Assembly: GCA_963701775.1 (NCBI GenBank)
Contig: CAVPBH010000002.1
Location: 9,340-73,339, forward strand
Reading direction: 5' to 3'
From: an uncultured Chloroflexia bacterium
Lineage (GTDB): Bacteria; Chloroflexota; Anaerolineae; JAAYZQ01
Length of the DNA stretch: 64,000 nt
The notes under the pieces were generated by a model that made no database searches, had not been told where the DNA came from, and saw only the letters and a list, made by a program, of their open reading frames with translations. The position numbers were made by a program, and so were the translations under genes. Shown in pieces: positions 28,287-41,729 of this stretch (position 1 is its first letter; the number at the start of each line of letters is the position of its first letter).

Positions 28287-29547
28287 TTGCCCACGCTGCG
28301 GGGCGCCCGCCAAAACCGCGGCCCGCTTCTGTACCAAGTGCGGCGTCTCCCTGGTGCCGTCCCAGCCCAGCCCCAACCCGGCACGCCCTGCCGGCGCCTC
28401 GCTCCTGGCCGGCCGCTACCAGGTCATCGGCCAGCTAGGCCAGGGGGGCATGGGCGCCGTTCACCTGGCGCGCGACACGCAGCTCTTTGGCCGCCTCTGC
28501 ATTGTCAAGCAGATGCACGCGGCCTTCCTGAGCCAGAGTGAGCGCCGCAAAGCTGAGGAGGATTTCCAGCGCGAGGCGGCGGTCCTGGCCAGCCTCAACC
28601 AGCCCGGCCATCCCCGTATCCCCGAGGTGTATGGCTACTTTGTCGAGGGCGGCGACCGCTACCTGGTGATGAAGTACATCGAAGGTGAGAGCCTCGAGAG
28701 CCGCCTGGCGCGCCTGAAGGAGCCCCTGGCCGAGGCCGAGGTGATCCGCTGTGCGCTCGAGGTCGCCGACGCCCTCGTCTACCTCCACAGCCGCAAGCCC
28801 GAGCCGGTCATCCACCGCGACATCAAGCCGGCCAACATCCTCCTCGATCCCGAGAACCGTATCTGGCTGGTCGACTTCGGCCTGGCACGTGCCATCACCA
28901 GCGCCGGTGCCCGCATCATGGCCGCGGGTGGGCGCACCGTCGCCGCCGGCACGCCCGGCTACACACCACTCGAACAGTGGCAGATGCAGTCGTCGCCCAA
29001 GTCGGATATCTATGCCCTGGGCGCGACCATGCACCACCTGCTCACCAACCAGGACCCGCGCGACCGCTTCGCTTCCTACGACGAGCTTGACCTCGGGCTG
29101 CTGCGCTCGCTGTCGCCCTTGCCTTCCCTCGCCCTGGTCCGGCCCGACGTCAGGCCCGCCCTGGCGGCCTTGGTCAACCGCTGCCTCGATCCCGACCCAC
29201 GCTCCCGGCCCTCGGCCGCCGAGCTCAAGGTCGAGCTGGACCGGCTGGTTCCGACAGGCAGCCGCTTCTTCGAGACGGTCCAGCGCTGGAGCCCGACCCT
29301 CGGCGAGATGATCGGCGTGGCAGCAGCCTCCTTCGTGCGCATGCTCTTCGGGCGCCCCGCCCGCCCCCGCCGGGAGCCGGCCCCCACCACCACGAGGCCG
29401 ACCCGCTCGGCTGCCGCGCGCGAGCGACGCCGTGAGCGCGAGGCGGGCCCGGAGATCTCGTGCCTGCTCTGCAACGGGCAGGGCGTTCTCCGCGACGGCA
29501 GAGATTGCCCCGTCTGCCGCGGCACCGGCTACTGGTTTCGCGAGTAG
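28279..29547 (+). CDS. Ser/Thr kinase K4: zinc ribbon - RD kinase - C-terminal CxxCxGxG zinc finger
   Basis: GQGGMG, HRDIKPAN, DFG, GTPGY; CLLCNGQG...CPVCRGTG. Confidence 0.92.
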   Translation: MPDCPRCGAPAKTAARFCTKCGVSLVPSQPSPNPARPAGASLLAGRYQVIGQLGQGGMGAVHLARDTQLFGRLCIVKQMHAAFLSQSERRKAEEDFQREAAVLASLNQPGHPRIPEVYGYFVEGGDRYLVMKYIEGESLESRLARLKEPLAEAEVIRCALEVADALVYLHSRKPEPVIHRDIKPANILLDPENRIWLVDFGLARAITSAGARIMAAGGRTVAAGTPGYTPLEQWQMQSSPKSDIYALGATMHHLLTNQDPRDRFASYDELDLGLLRSLSPLPSLALVRPDVRPALAALVNRCLDPDPRSRPSAAELKVELDRLVPTGSRFFETVQRWSPTLGEMIGVAAASFVRMLFGRPARPRREPAPTTTRPTRSAAARERRREREAGPEISCLLCNGQGVLRDGRDCPVCRGTGYWFRE

Positions 29548-29555
29548 CCTCTTCT

Positions 29556-29590
29556 CCCTCTCCCTCGCAGGGAGAGGGCTGGGGTGAGGG
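29556..29590 (+). repeat. Intergenic C/G hairpin repeat
   Basis: CCCTCTCCCT-CGC-AGGGAGAGGG-CTGGGGTGAGGG; related copies at 30906 and 54010. Confidence 0.75.
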
Positions 29591-29711
29591 TGAAATCCCG
29601 CCCCTCAGTTCCCTTCCCATCTTGCCTCTGTCCCGTCTTGCGGTATAATCCCAATCACACCGGCCGTCAAGGGCGACGGCCCAGCCATCTATGCTGCACA
29701 GGAGGAGCAAC

Positions 29712-30869
<1,158 letters not shown>

Positions 30870-30876
30870 GAGAAGA

Positions 30877-30934
30877 GGGCAGGTATGGAAACCCGCCCTA
30901 CGGACCTCCCCCCGCTTGCGGGGGGGTGAGGGGG
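30877..30934. repeat. GTAGGG REP adjacent to a C/G hairpin repeat
   Basis: GTAGGGCGGGTTTCCATACCTGCCC on minus strand (30877-30901); CTCCCCCCGCTTGCGGGGGGGTGAGGGGG (30906-30934). Confidence 0.7.
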
Positions 30935-30936
30935 CA

Positions 30937-31872
30937 ATGCTCGATCTGGCCGTTGTCATCGTCAGCTACAACGTCCGCGACCTTCTGCGCGACTGCCTCG
31001 CCTCCGTACTGGAGAGCCGGGGCGATCTCGCCTTCGAGGTGTGCGTCGTAGACAACGGCTCGACCGACGGCAGTGCCGACATGGTCGCCGCCGAGTTCTC
31101 CCTGCGTGCGCCTCATCCGCGCCGAGAACCGTGGCTATGCCGCCGGCAACAACCTTGGCCTGGGCGCCTACGGCTTTGGCACCGGCGAGGCCGGCGCTCG
31201 CTACGCTCTCCTCCTCAACCCCGACACAGTCGTCGCTCCGATGGTGCTCGCCGACATGCTCGCCTTCATGCAAACCCACCCCCAGGCCGGCGTCGCCGGC
31301 CCGCGCCTGGTGCGCGAGGACGGCAGTTTGGACAAGGCCTGCCGGCGGGGCTTTCCGACGCCCGAGGTCGCCTTCTACCGCATGTCTGGTCTCAGCCGGT
31401 TCTTTCCGAAGAGCCGCCGCTTTGGCCGCTACAACCTCACCTACCTCTCGCCCGACGTAACCACGGAGGTCGACTCGGTCGTTGGTGCCTGCATGCTGAT
31501 CCGCGGTCAGGTCCTGGCCGAGGTTGGACTGCTCGACGAGCAATACTTCATGTACGCCGAAGACCTTGACCTCTGCTACCGAGCCAAGGAGTGCGGCTGG
31601 CAGGTCTGGTACAACGCCGCCGTCACCGTCCTGCACTACAAAGGCCAATCCAGCCGCCAGCGCAGCACCTTTGCCAATGTCCAGTTCTACAAGACGATGC
31701 GCCTTTTCCACGACAAGCACTTCAAGGCGCGCTCGTCCGCCCTCACCAACTGGACCATCCACGCCTCCATTGGGCTTCTGGGCGGCCTGGCCATCCTGCG
31801 CGACCGCTTCCGCCCGGTGGAGCGCCGGGGCGTGGCTTCGGCCGTGCCCCTTGATGAGAGGAGTACTGCACG

Positions 31873-31876
<4 letters not shown>
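30937..31876 (+). CDS. GT2 glycosyltransferase, WbbL-like (apparent frameshift near 31100)
   Basis: VIVSYN..VDNGSTDGS; then ENRGYAAGNN, LLNPD, FMYAEDLDL in the next frame. Confidence 0.9.
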
Positions 31877-33288
<1,412 letters not shown>

Positions 33289-33358
33289 ACACTCTTTTAG
33301 TCGAATACCGCCGCCGGCGTGAAGTCCAGCTAGAGGTGGCACGCCGCCTGGAGTCGTC

Positions 33359-34288
33359 GTGACAAGGGACGTTGACTCGGTCAAAGACTTCGACTACATC
33401 CACAGCGACGCCGAATTCGACGAACTGCGCGAGCTGTGCTTGGCCGCCTATACCGCCGGCCACAAGCCCTCCAATTGGCGGGTGGCGATGCTAGAGAATT
33501 GGAGCTATGCCTCCCGCTACCTTGAGCCGATCGAATACTTCACAAGTCACGTGCGCCTGTGGCGGAGCGACGCGGGACGGCTCGCGGGCGCGCTGATCCG
33601 CTATTGGGGCATGACTTGGCCCCAGGTCGTGCCCGGCTGCGAGTTCCTGACGGACGAGCTGCTCGACTGGGCGGAGCGGCATTGGGGCGGCAGCCAGGCC
33701 CAGATCGAGACCATGGCCTACGATCACGATGCGGAGCGGCAGGCGCTGCTCCAGAAGCGGGGCTACGAGGACCGGGGCACCATCGAGATCGTGCGCATTT
33801 ATGACCTGTCTCGCGCCTATCCAGAGCCTGCACTGCCACCCGGGTTTCGCATCACTACTCTTGCGGAGGACGGTCGCACCGCCGAGTACATCGCCCTGCA
33901 GAACAGCGTCTGGGGCGCCTCGCTCGGAGAGGCGTGGTTCCGGGGCAAGTCCTCGGCGCCGCACTACTCCTTCGACTTGGATCTTCTGGTCCTTTCCCCG
34001 GAAGGCCGACAGGTGGCCTGCTGTCTGGTCTGGCTGGACGGCGCAAGCGGGATAGGAGAGATCGACCCCATCGGAACTCACCCCGGCTACCGGCGCCGGG
34101 GGCTGGCCCGGGCGCTGGTGGCCGAGAGCCTGCGGCGAATGGGCGCCGCCGGGATGCAGTATGGCTTCATCGCCTGCGAGGCGGGCGATCCGGTGGTGAA
34201 CCACCTCTACGCCTCCTTTGCGCCGGCCGAGACCTACTGGGGAAATCGCTGGGTGAAGCGGTTGGCAGCGGGAAGCGCGAACGGCTGA
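33359..34288 (+). CDS. GNAT acetyltransferase (two-domain)
   Basis: PIGTHPGYRRRGLARAL. Confidence 0.85.
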   Translation: MTRDVDSVKDFDYIHSDAEFDELRELCLAAYTAGHKPSNWRVAMLENWSYASRYLEPIEYFTSHVRLWRSDAGRLAGALIRYWGMTWPQVVPGCEFLTDELLDWAERHWGGSQAQIETMAYDHDAERQALLQKRGYEDRGTIEIVRIYDLSRAYPEPALPPGFRITTLAEDGRTAEYIALQNSVWGASLGEAWFRGKSSAPHYSFDLDLLVLSPEGRQVACCLVWLDGASGIGEIDPIGTHPGYRRRGLARALVAESLRRMGAAGMQYGFIACEAGDPVVNHLYASFAPAETYWGNRWVKRLAAGSANG

Positions 34289-34334
34289 ACGGCTGAACAG
34301 CCGAACCGCTTGGGAACCCGGTGCGGAGAATCAC

Positions 34335-35112
34335 ATGCAAATCGTCCCCTATTCTCCAGCGATTGCGGCGCGGATTGCGGGGCTCTTCTCGGCGAATCCC
34401 CCCGTGCCGACGCGCCTGTGGGCGAACCTGGACGGCACGATCCGGGGGCGCATCCTGGTGGATGAGCCGACGAACCCTACGTGCGCCCTCATCCAGGATC
34501 TCGCCGAAGGCCCGACCTACCTGGGCGGTGCGCTGACGCCCAGATATCCTGCGCGAGGTCTTCGCTATCCTGCGCGCATACCAAGAGGTCGTGGTGTGCC
34601 TGTGGGCCGGTGACCCACTCCTGGCAGCGCTCCCGGAAGGGCCGTACTACGAGGGAGCGGCGATTGACTTCTGGGATCGTTCCCCGGCCGTCGATCTTGG
34701 CCGGCTCGCAGCTCTACCTCCCGCCTATTCCATGCGAAGGATCGATCGGGCGCTCGCGCGGGCGATCGACGGGTTCGACTACTACGTTGCGATGTTTGGC
34801 ACTGTCGAGCGGGCCGTCCGGGACATGATCGGCTACTGCGTCATGCAGGGCGAAACGGTGGTTTGCGAAGCCGTGGCTGCACCGCTCACCCGCGGTGTGG
34901 CCGAGATGGGCATCGAGACCGCAACGGCCTACCGGCAACAGGGTCTCGCGACCGCAGCGTCCGCCTATGTAGTCCATGAATGTGAAGCACTGGGGTATCG
35001 AGCCTTCTGGAACGCCGCGCAGCAGAATGTGGCCTCAGTCGCGCTCGCCCGACGGCTGGGGTTTCGGATTGAGAAGCCCAGCACTGTGCTGGCTTGGGCT
35101 GCCGTCACTTAG
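34335..35112 (+). CDS. GNAT acetyltransferase (apparent frameshift near 34545)
   Basis: IETATAYRQQGLA, QNVASVALARRLGF; N-terminus in ORF 34335-34613. Confidence 0.8.
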
Positions 35113-35166
35113 CCGGCCGGTGGTCAGTCTTGTCTTCTCACGCCCCCGGCACGCCGCATCCCGCAA

Positions 35167-35195
35167 TTGACACCCTTTCGACACTGTGATACTAT
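35167..35195 (+). promoter_or_regulatory. Sigma70 promoter of hrcA operon
   Basis: TTGACA-N17-TACTAT. Confidence 0.8.
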
Positions 35196-35209
35196 CACCC
35201 CTTGAGCCG

Positions 35210-35236
35210 TTAGCACTCGGACTATGAGAGTGCTAA
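35210..35236. promoter_or_regulatory. CIRCE element
   Basis: Perfect TTAGCACTC-N9-GAGTGCTAA directly upstream of hrcA. Confidence 0.97.
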
Positions 35237-35264
35237 TGGCCGAATCGCAACCTGGTCAGAGGAA

Positions 35265-36308
35265 ATGCCGGCAGAATTGACTTCGAGACAGCAATTGATC
35301 CTGGGCCTCGTGGTGCGCGAGTATATCGCCACCGCGCAGCCCGTTGGCTCGCGCGCGATCGAGGGCCTCGGCCTTGGGGTCAGCTCGGCCACCATCCGCT
35401 CCGAGATGGGACTACTCGAAGAGCTGGGCTACCTCACCCACCCGCACACCTCGGCCGGCCGCATGCCCACCGAGCGCGGCTACCGCTACTTCGTCGAGCG
35501 CCTCATGCGCGAGTCGCAGCTCCCCGTCGAGGAGCAGCGCATGATCCGCCACCAGTTTCACCAGGTCGGCGTCGACCTCGAGCAGTGGATGCGCCTGGCT
35601 GCATCGGTGCTCGCCCGCGCTTCGGAGTCGGCTGCCGTCGTCACCAGCCCGCGAACCGAGCTCTGCCGCCTGAAGCACGTCGAGCTGATCGCCCTCCACG
35701 AATCGATGGCGCTTCTCATCGTCGTGCTCGAAGGGGGCATCGTCCGCCAGCAGATGCTGGCGCTGGAGGAGCCGACCAACCAGGAGACCCTCTCTCAGAT
35801 TGCCAACCGGCTCAACGACCAGTGCTCCGGCCGCTCGGCCATGCGCGTCGCTGCCTGCCGGCCCCTGCTCGGCGCCGCGGAGCAGCGCATCCTGGGCGTC
35901 GTCGTCGAGATCATGAAATGCGTCGACGACCAGAAGAACATGCATGTGTACCGCGACGGGTTGGTCAATATCCTGCACCAGCCCGAGTTCAGCGAGGGCG
36001 ACAGCGCCCGGCAGATTGTCCAGGTGCTCGAAGACCGCACCAGCCTGGAGCAGCTCCTGACCGAGATGCTCGAGGTCGGCGGTGTCCAGGTTATCATCGG
36101 CGGCGAAGGCCGCTGGCACGATCTCAGGGAGTGCAGCCTGGTCGTTGCACCCTATGGCGTCATCGGCGGGGCCACCGGCGCGTTGGGTGTCATGGGCCCC
36201 ATGCGCATGCCCTACAGCCGTGCCATCTCCACCGTCCGCTACGTGGCGACGCTGATGAGCGACCTGTTCGCCGAGCTCTACGGGATCGATGCGGATGCCT
36301 CGGCCTAG
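35265..36308 (+). CDS. hrcA: Heat-inducible repressor HrcA
   Basis: PVGS..VSSATIR..PHTSAGR.PT..GYR; GPMRMPY; CIRCE upstream. Confidence 0.97.
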   Translation: MPAELTSRQQLILGLVVREYIATAQPVGSRAIEGLGLGVSSATIRSEMGLLEELGYLTHPHTSAGRMPTERGYRYFVERLMRESQLPVEEQRMIRHQFHQVGVDLEQWMRLAASVLARASESAAVVTSPRTELCRLKHVELIALHESMALLIVVLEGGIVRQQMLALEEPTNQETLSQIANRLNDQCSGRSAMRVAACRPLLGAAEQRILGVVVEIMKCVDDQKNMHVYRDGLVNILHQPEFSEGDSARQIVQVLEDRTSLEQLLTEMLEVGGVQVIIGGEGRWHDLRECSLVVAPYGVIGGATGALGVMGPMRMPYSRAISTVRYVATLMSDLFAELYGIDADASA

Positions 36309-36331
36309 GCCCACTATCTAGGAGGAAAGAC

Positions 36332-36886
36332 GTGAAAGAAGAAACAACCCCGGCGGCAGAGCCCGCCGAGCAGCCAGGCGAGCCGGACGCCCTCCGGCAG
36401 GAGCTGGAGGCGACCAAGGCCAGGGAAGCCGAGTACCTGGATGGCTGGCAGCGCTCGCGCGCCGAGCTGGCCAATGCCCGGAAACGCTTCCAGCGCGAGC
36501 AGGAGCAGGCCTACTCCGGCGCCCAGTCCGATCTGCTCATCCGCATGCTCCCCGTCGTCGACGACCTGGAGCGTGCTCTGGACACGCTGCCCCACAGCCT
36601 GTCGGGCCTGACCTGGATCGAGGGCATCATCCTCATCCAGCGCAAGCTCCAGTTGATCCTGGAGCAGGCCGGCGTGGCCGCCATCGAGGCCGCGGGCAAG
36701 GAGTTTGACCCCTTCCTGCACGAAGCAGTCACCCACGAGCCGTCAGACACAGTACCGGCAGGGCACGTTATCTCCGAGTTGCAGCGCGGCTACCGCATGG
36801 GCGACCGCATCCTGCGCCCGTCGATGGTACGGGTCTCTTCCGGCGCGCAGCAGCCCACCGAGCCGGCACCGGCCGAGCCACAATAG
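36332..36886 (+). CDS. grpE: Nucleotide exchange factor GrpE
   Basis: [43 protein letters not shown]; GTG after AGGAGG. Confidence 0.95.
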   Translation: MKEETTPAAEPAEQPGEPDALRQELEATKAREAEYLDGWQRSRAELANARKRFQREQEQAYSGAQSDLLIRMLPVVDDLERALDTLPHSLSGLTWIEGIILIQRKLQLILEQAGVAAIEAAGKEFDPFLHEAVTHEPSDTVPAGHVISELQRGYRMGDRILRPSMVRVSSGAQQPTEPAPAEPQ

Positions 36887-36908
36887 GAACAGCGGAGGAA
36901 TCGACCCC

Positions 36909-38796
<1,888 letters not shown>

Positions 38797-38823
38797 CCCA
38801 GGAGTCCGGCAGAGGATGCAGGC

Positions 38824-39948
38824 ATGAGCGCCAAACGCGACTATTACGAAGTCCTCGGGGTCGGCCGGCAGGCAACCGAGGAAGAGGTCAAGAAGGCCTT
38901 CCGCCGCCTAGCCCGGCAGTACCACCCTGACGTAAGCCAGGAGGAGGAGGCCGAGGCCAAGTTCAAGGAGATCAACGAGGCCTACGAGGTACTCTCCGAT
39001 CCCGAAAAGCGCGCCGCATACGACCGCTTTGGCCACGCCGGTCCCCAAGCGGCTGCCGGAGGCTACCCGGGCTATGGCGGCTTCGGTGGTATCGAGGACA
39101 TCTTTGAGTCGTTCTTCGGCGGCGTGCGCGGCGGAGCGGCCGCCCGGAGAGGGCCGGCCGTCGGCGCCGACCTGCGCTATGACCTGACGATCCAGTTCGA
39201 GGAAGCCGCCTTTGGCTGCGAGAAGCAGATCAACATCCGCCGCAGCGAGACCTGTCCCCACTGCCAGGGCCGCGGCGCCGAGCCGGGCACCCAGCCGATC
39301 CGCTGCCCACAGTGCAACGGCACGGGCGAGGTCCGCCGCCAGCAGCAGACCCTGCTGGGCTCCTTTGTCCAGGTAACGCCCTGCCCTCGCTGCCGCGGCG
39401 AGCGAGAGATCATCACCACGCCCTGTACCGTCTGCCGAGGCGAGAAGGTCGTGCCGGTTGAGCGCACCATCTCGGTGAGGGTGCCTGCCGGCGTCGACGA
39501 GGGCACGCGCATCCGCCTGGCAGGCGAAGGCGAGCCGGGCGAGCGGCGCGGACCGGCCGGCAACCTCTACGTCGTCCTGCACGTCAAGCCGCACCAGTAC
39601 TTCCGCCGCGACGAGAACAACGTCTTTCTTGAGCTGAGCATCAACATCACCCAGGCGGCGCTGGGCGCCAAAATCACGGTCCCGACCCTGGATGGGGCGG
39701 AAGAGCTCTCGATCCCGCCCGGCACGCAACCCGGCGAGACATTCCGCATGCGCGGCAGGGGCATCCCCTACCTGCGCGGCAACGGCCGCGGCGACCAGCT
39801 CGTCGTCCTCCAGGTGGCGACGCCCACGAAGCTGACGGCACGGCAGCGTGAGCTGCTGTGCGAGTTGGGCGATTCGCTCGGCAAGGAGCAGGTCCAGAAT
39901 TGTGAGAAGGGCTTTTTCCAGCGCCTGCGGGATGCGATTGGGATCTGA
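38824..39948 (+). CDS. dnaJ: Chaperone DnaJ
   Basis: HPD J-domain, G/F region, four CxxCxGxx repeats. Confidence 0.97.
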   Translation: MSAKRDYYEVLGVGRQATEEEVKKAFRRLARQYHPDVSQEEEAEAKFKEINEAYEVLSDPEKRAAYDRFGHAGPQAAAGGYPGYGGFGGIEDIFESFFGGVRGGAAARRGPAVGADLRYDLTIQFEEAAFGCEKQINIRRSETCPHCQGRGAEPGTQPIRCPQCNGTGEVRRQQQTLLGSFVQVTPCPRCRGEREIITTPCTVCRGEKVVPVERTISVRVPAGVDEGTRIRLAGEGEPGERRGPAGNLYVVLHVKPHQYFRRDENNVFLELSINITQAALGAKITVPTLDGAEELSIPPGTQPGETFRMRGRGIPYLRGNGRGDQLVVLQVATPTKLTARQRELLCELGDSLGKEQVQNCEKGFFQRLRDAIGI

Positions 39949-40913
39949 TGGACTGGCTGGAATTCAGCATCACCACCGATAGCGAGACGGCGGAGGCCAT
40001 CATCGAGCTCTTCAACCGCCATGGGCACGGCGGTGCCGTTGTCGAGGTGCCCGTCGACTGCCTGGAGGACGACCTGGCGACGGCTGCCCCGCCCGCCCAG
40101 GTGATCGTGCGTGCCTACCTGCCTGCCGACGACCCCGAGCAAGATCGGGACTCCGGAGAGAAGACGCCAGGCCGCCTTTTGGAGGAGGGCCTCTGGGCTC
40201 TTTCCATGATCCGTCCCCTGCCGGCGCCGCAGATCCGCCGGCTGGCTGAGGAGGATTGGGCCAACGCATGGAAGCAGCAATACCACGTGCTGCGCATCGG
40301 GCGCCGTACGCGCATCGTGCCCGCCTGGGAGGAGTATGACGCACAGCCGGGCGAGGTGATCGTCCGCCTTGAGCCGGGCATGGCCTTTGGCACCGGGCTG
40401 CACCCCACCACCCGGCTGTGCCTCGAGGCGATGGAAAGTTCCGTCGTGCCGGGGTGCAGTGTGCTCGACGTGGGCACCGGCTCGGGCATCTTGGCCATCG
40501 CCGCCGCCCGCCTTGGCGCGGCATCGGTGCTGGCACTGGACACCGATCCCGTCGCCGTCACGGTCGCGCGCGAGAACGCGGGGCGCAACCAGGTCGCCGA
40601 CCAGATCACCGTCCGCCAGGGCTCGGTGCGGCAGGCTCCCGGCTGGTCGCCCGGCGGCGCGGGCGGCACGTTCTACCTGCTCGAGGAAGGCGTCTTTGAT
40701 CGGGTCGTCGTAAACATCCTGGCGCCGGTCATCCGCTCCCTGGCCGCCGGGCTCGCGGCCCACACCGCGCCGGGCGGGCAGCTAATTGCATCGGGCATCA
40801 TCGAGACCCAGGAAGCGGACGTTCTGGATTCGCTCCGGGCACACGGCTTCCGCCTCGTGAGCCGGGCCCAGGAGGCTGACTGGGTGGCGCTGGTCGTGCA
40901 GCGGGAGGGCTGA
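39948..40913 (+). CDS. prmA: Ribosomal protein L11 methyltransferase
   Basis: EEDWANAWK, PGMAFGTG.HPTT, VLDVGTGSGILA; synteny. Confidence 0.95.
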   Translation: MDWLEFSITTDSETAEAIIELFNRHGHGGAVVEVPVDCLEDDLATAAPPAQVIVRAYLPADDPEQDRDSGEKTPGRLLEEGLWALSMIRPLPAPQIRRLAEEDWANAWKQQYHVLRIGRRTRIVPAWEEYDAQPGEVIVRLEPGMAFGTGLHPTTRLCLEAMESSVVPGCSVLDVGTGSGILAIAAARLGAASVLALDTDPVAVTVARENAGRNQVADQITVRQGSVRQAPGWSPGGAGGTFYLLEEGVFDRVVVNILAPVIRSLAAGLAAHTAPGGQLIASGIIETQEADVLDSLRAHGFRLVSRAQEADWVALVVQREG

Positions 40914-40915
40914 CC

Positions 40916-41677
40916 ATGCACCGCTTCTTTGTGTCGCCAGCCTGGATCCAGGGGGGCGAGGTGAGCATCACCGGTTCGCAGGCGCACCAGATCGCCGACG
41001 TGCTGCGCATGCAGCCCGGCGACCGGATCCTGGTGCTAGACAACTCGGGCTGGGAGATCGAGACCCGCCTGACCGCCGTCGACGGCCGCGCCGTCCGGGG
41101 CGAGGTGCTCAAGCGGCGGCTCTCCGAGGCGGAGCCACGCACGAAGGTGAGCCTCTGCCAGGGGGTGCTCAAGGGCAAGCGCCTCGAGTTCACCCTGCAA
41201 AAGGGCACCGAGCTGGGCATCGTCGAGTTTGTGCCGGTCATTGCCAGCCGCTGCGTCCTTTCGGACCTGGCGACGGTCGAGCAGAAGCGCGAGCGGTGGG
41301 AGTGGATCATCCAGGAGGCGGCCGAGCAGTCGAACCGCGGCCGCAAGCCGGCGCTGCGTGCAGCATCGCTCTTTCCCCAGGCGTGCGAGAAGCTGCAAGC
41401 CTCCGGTGGGCTTGCGCTGATGCTCTGGGAAGAGGAAAAGCGGACCACGCTCCGCGACGTGCTGCGCCAGGCGCCGCCGGGCTATGCCGGGCGCTTCCCA
41501 CCCTTCACCGTCCACCTGATGGTTGGGCCGGAGGGCGGCTTCACCCGCGACGAGGCGGAAATCGCCCGCGGCTACGGCCTGCTGACGGTCGGCCTTGGCC
41601 CGCGCATCCTGCGCGGCGAGACGGCCGGCATCGTGGCCGCGGCGCTGGTGCTGTACGAGCTGGGCGATATGCAGTGA
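40916..41677 (+). CDS. rsmE: 16S rRNA m3U1498 methyltransferase
   Basis: QKGTELG, EAAEQS.R, GPEGGF, LGPRILRGETA. Confidence 0.95.
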   Translation: MHRFFVSPAWIQGGEVSITGSQAHQIADVLRMQPGDRILVLDNSGWEIETRLTAVDGRAVRGEVLKRRLSEAEPRTKVSLCQGVLKGKRLEFTLQKGTELGIVEFVPVIASRCVLSDLATVEQKRERWEWIIQEAAEQSNRGRKPALRAASLFPQACEKLQASGGLALMLWEEEKRTTLRDVLRQAPPGYAGRFPPFTVHLMVGPEGGFTRDEAEIARGYGLLTVGLGPRILRGETAGIVAAALVLYELGDMQ

Positions 41678-41729
41678 AGCGGCGGCGGCCGCACCCAGGG
41701 CGCTGCGTTATCCTGAGCCCGGCGCCTGC

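Noticed and set aside
34279-34308. Short GAACGGCT tandem repeat
   Set aside because: Only about three degenerate 8-mers at a gene end; no supportable function
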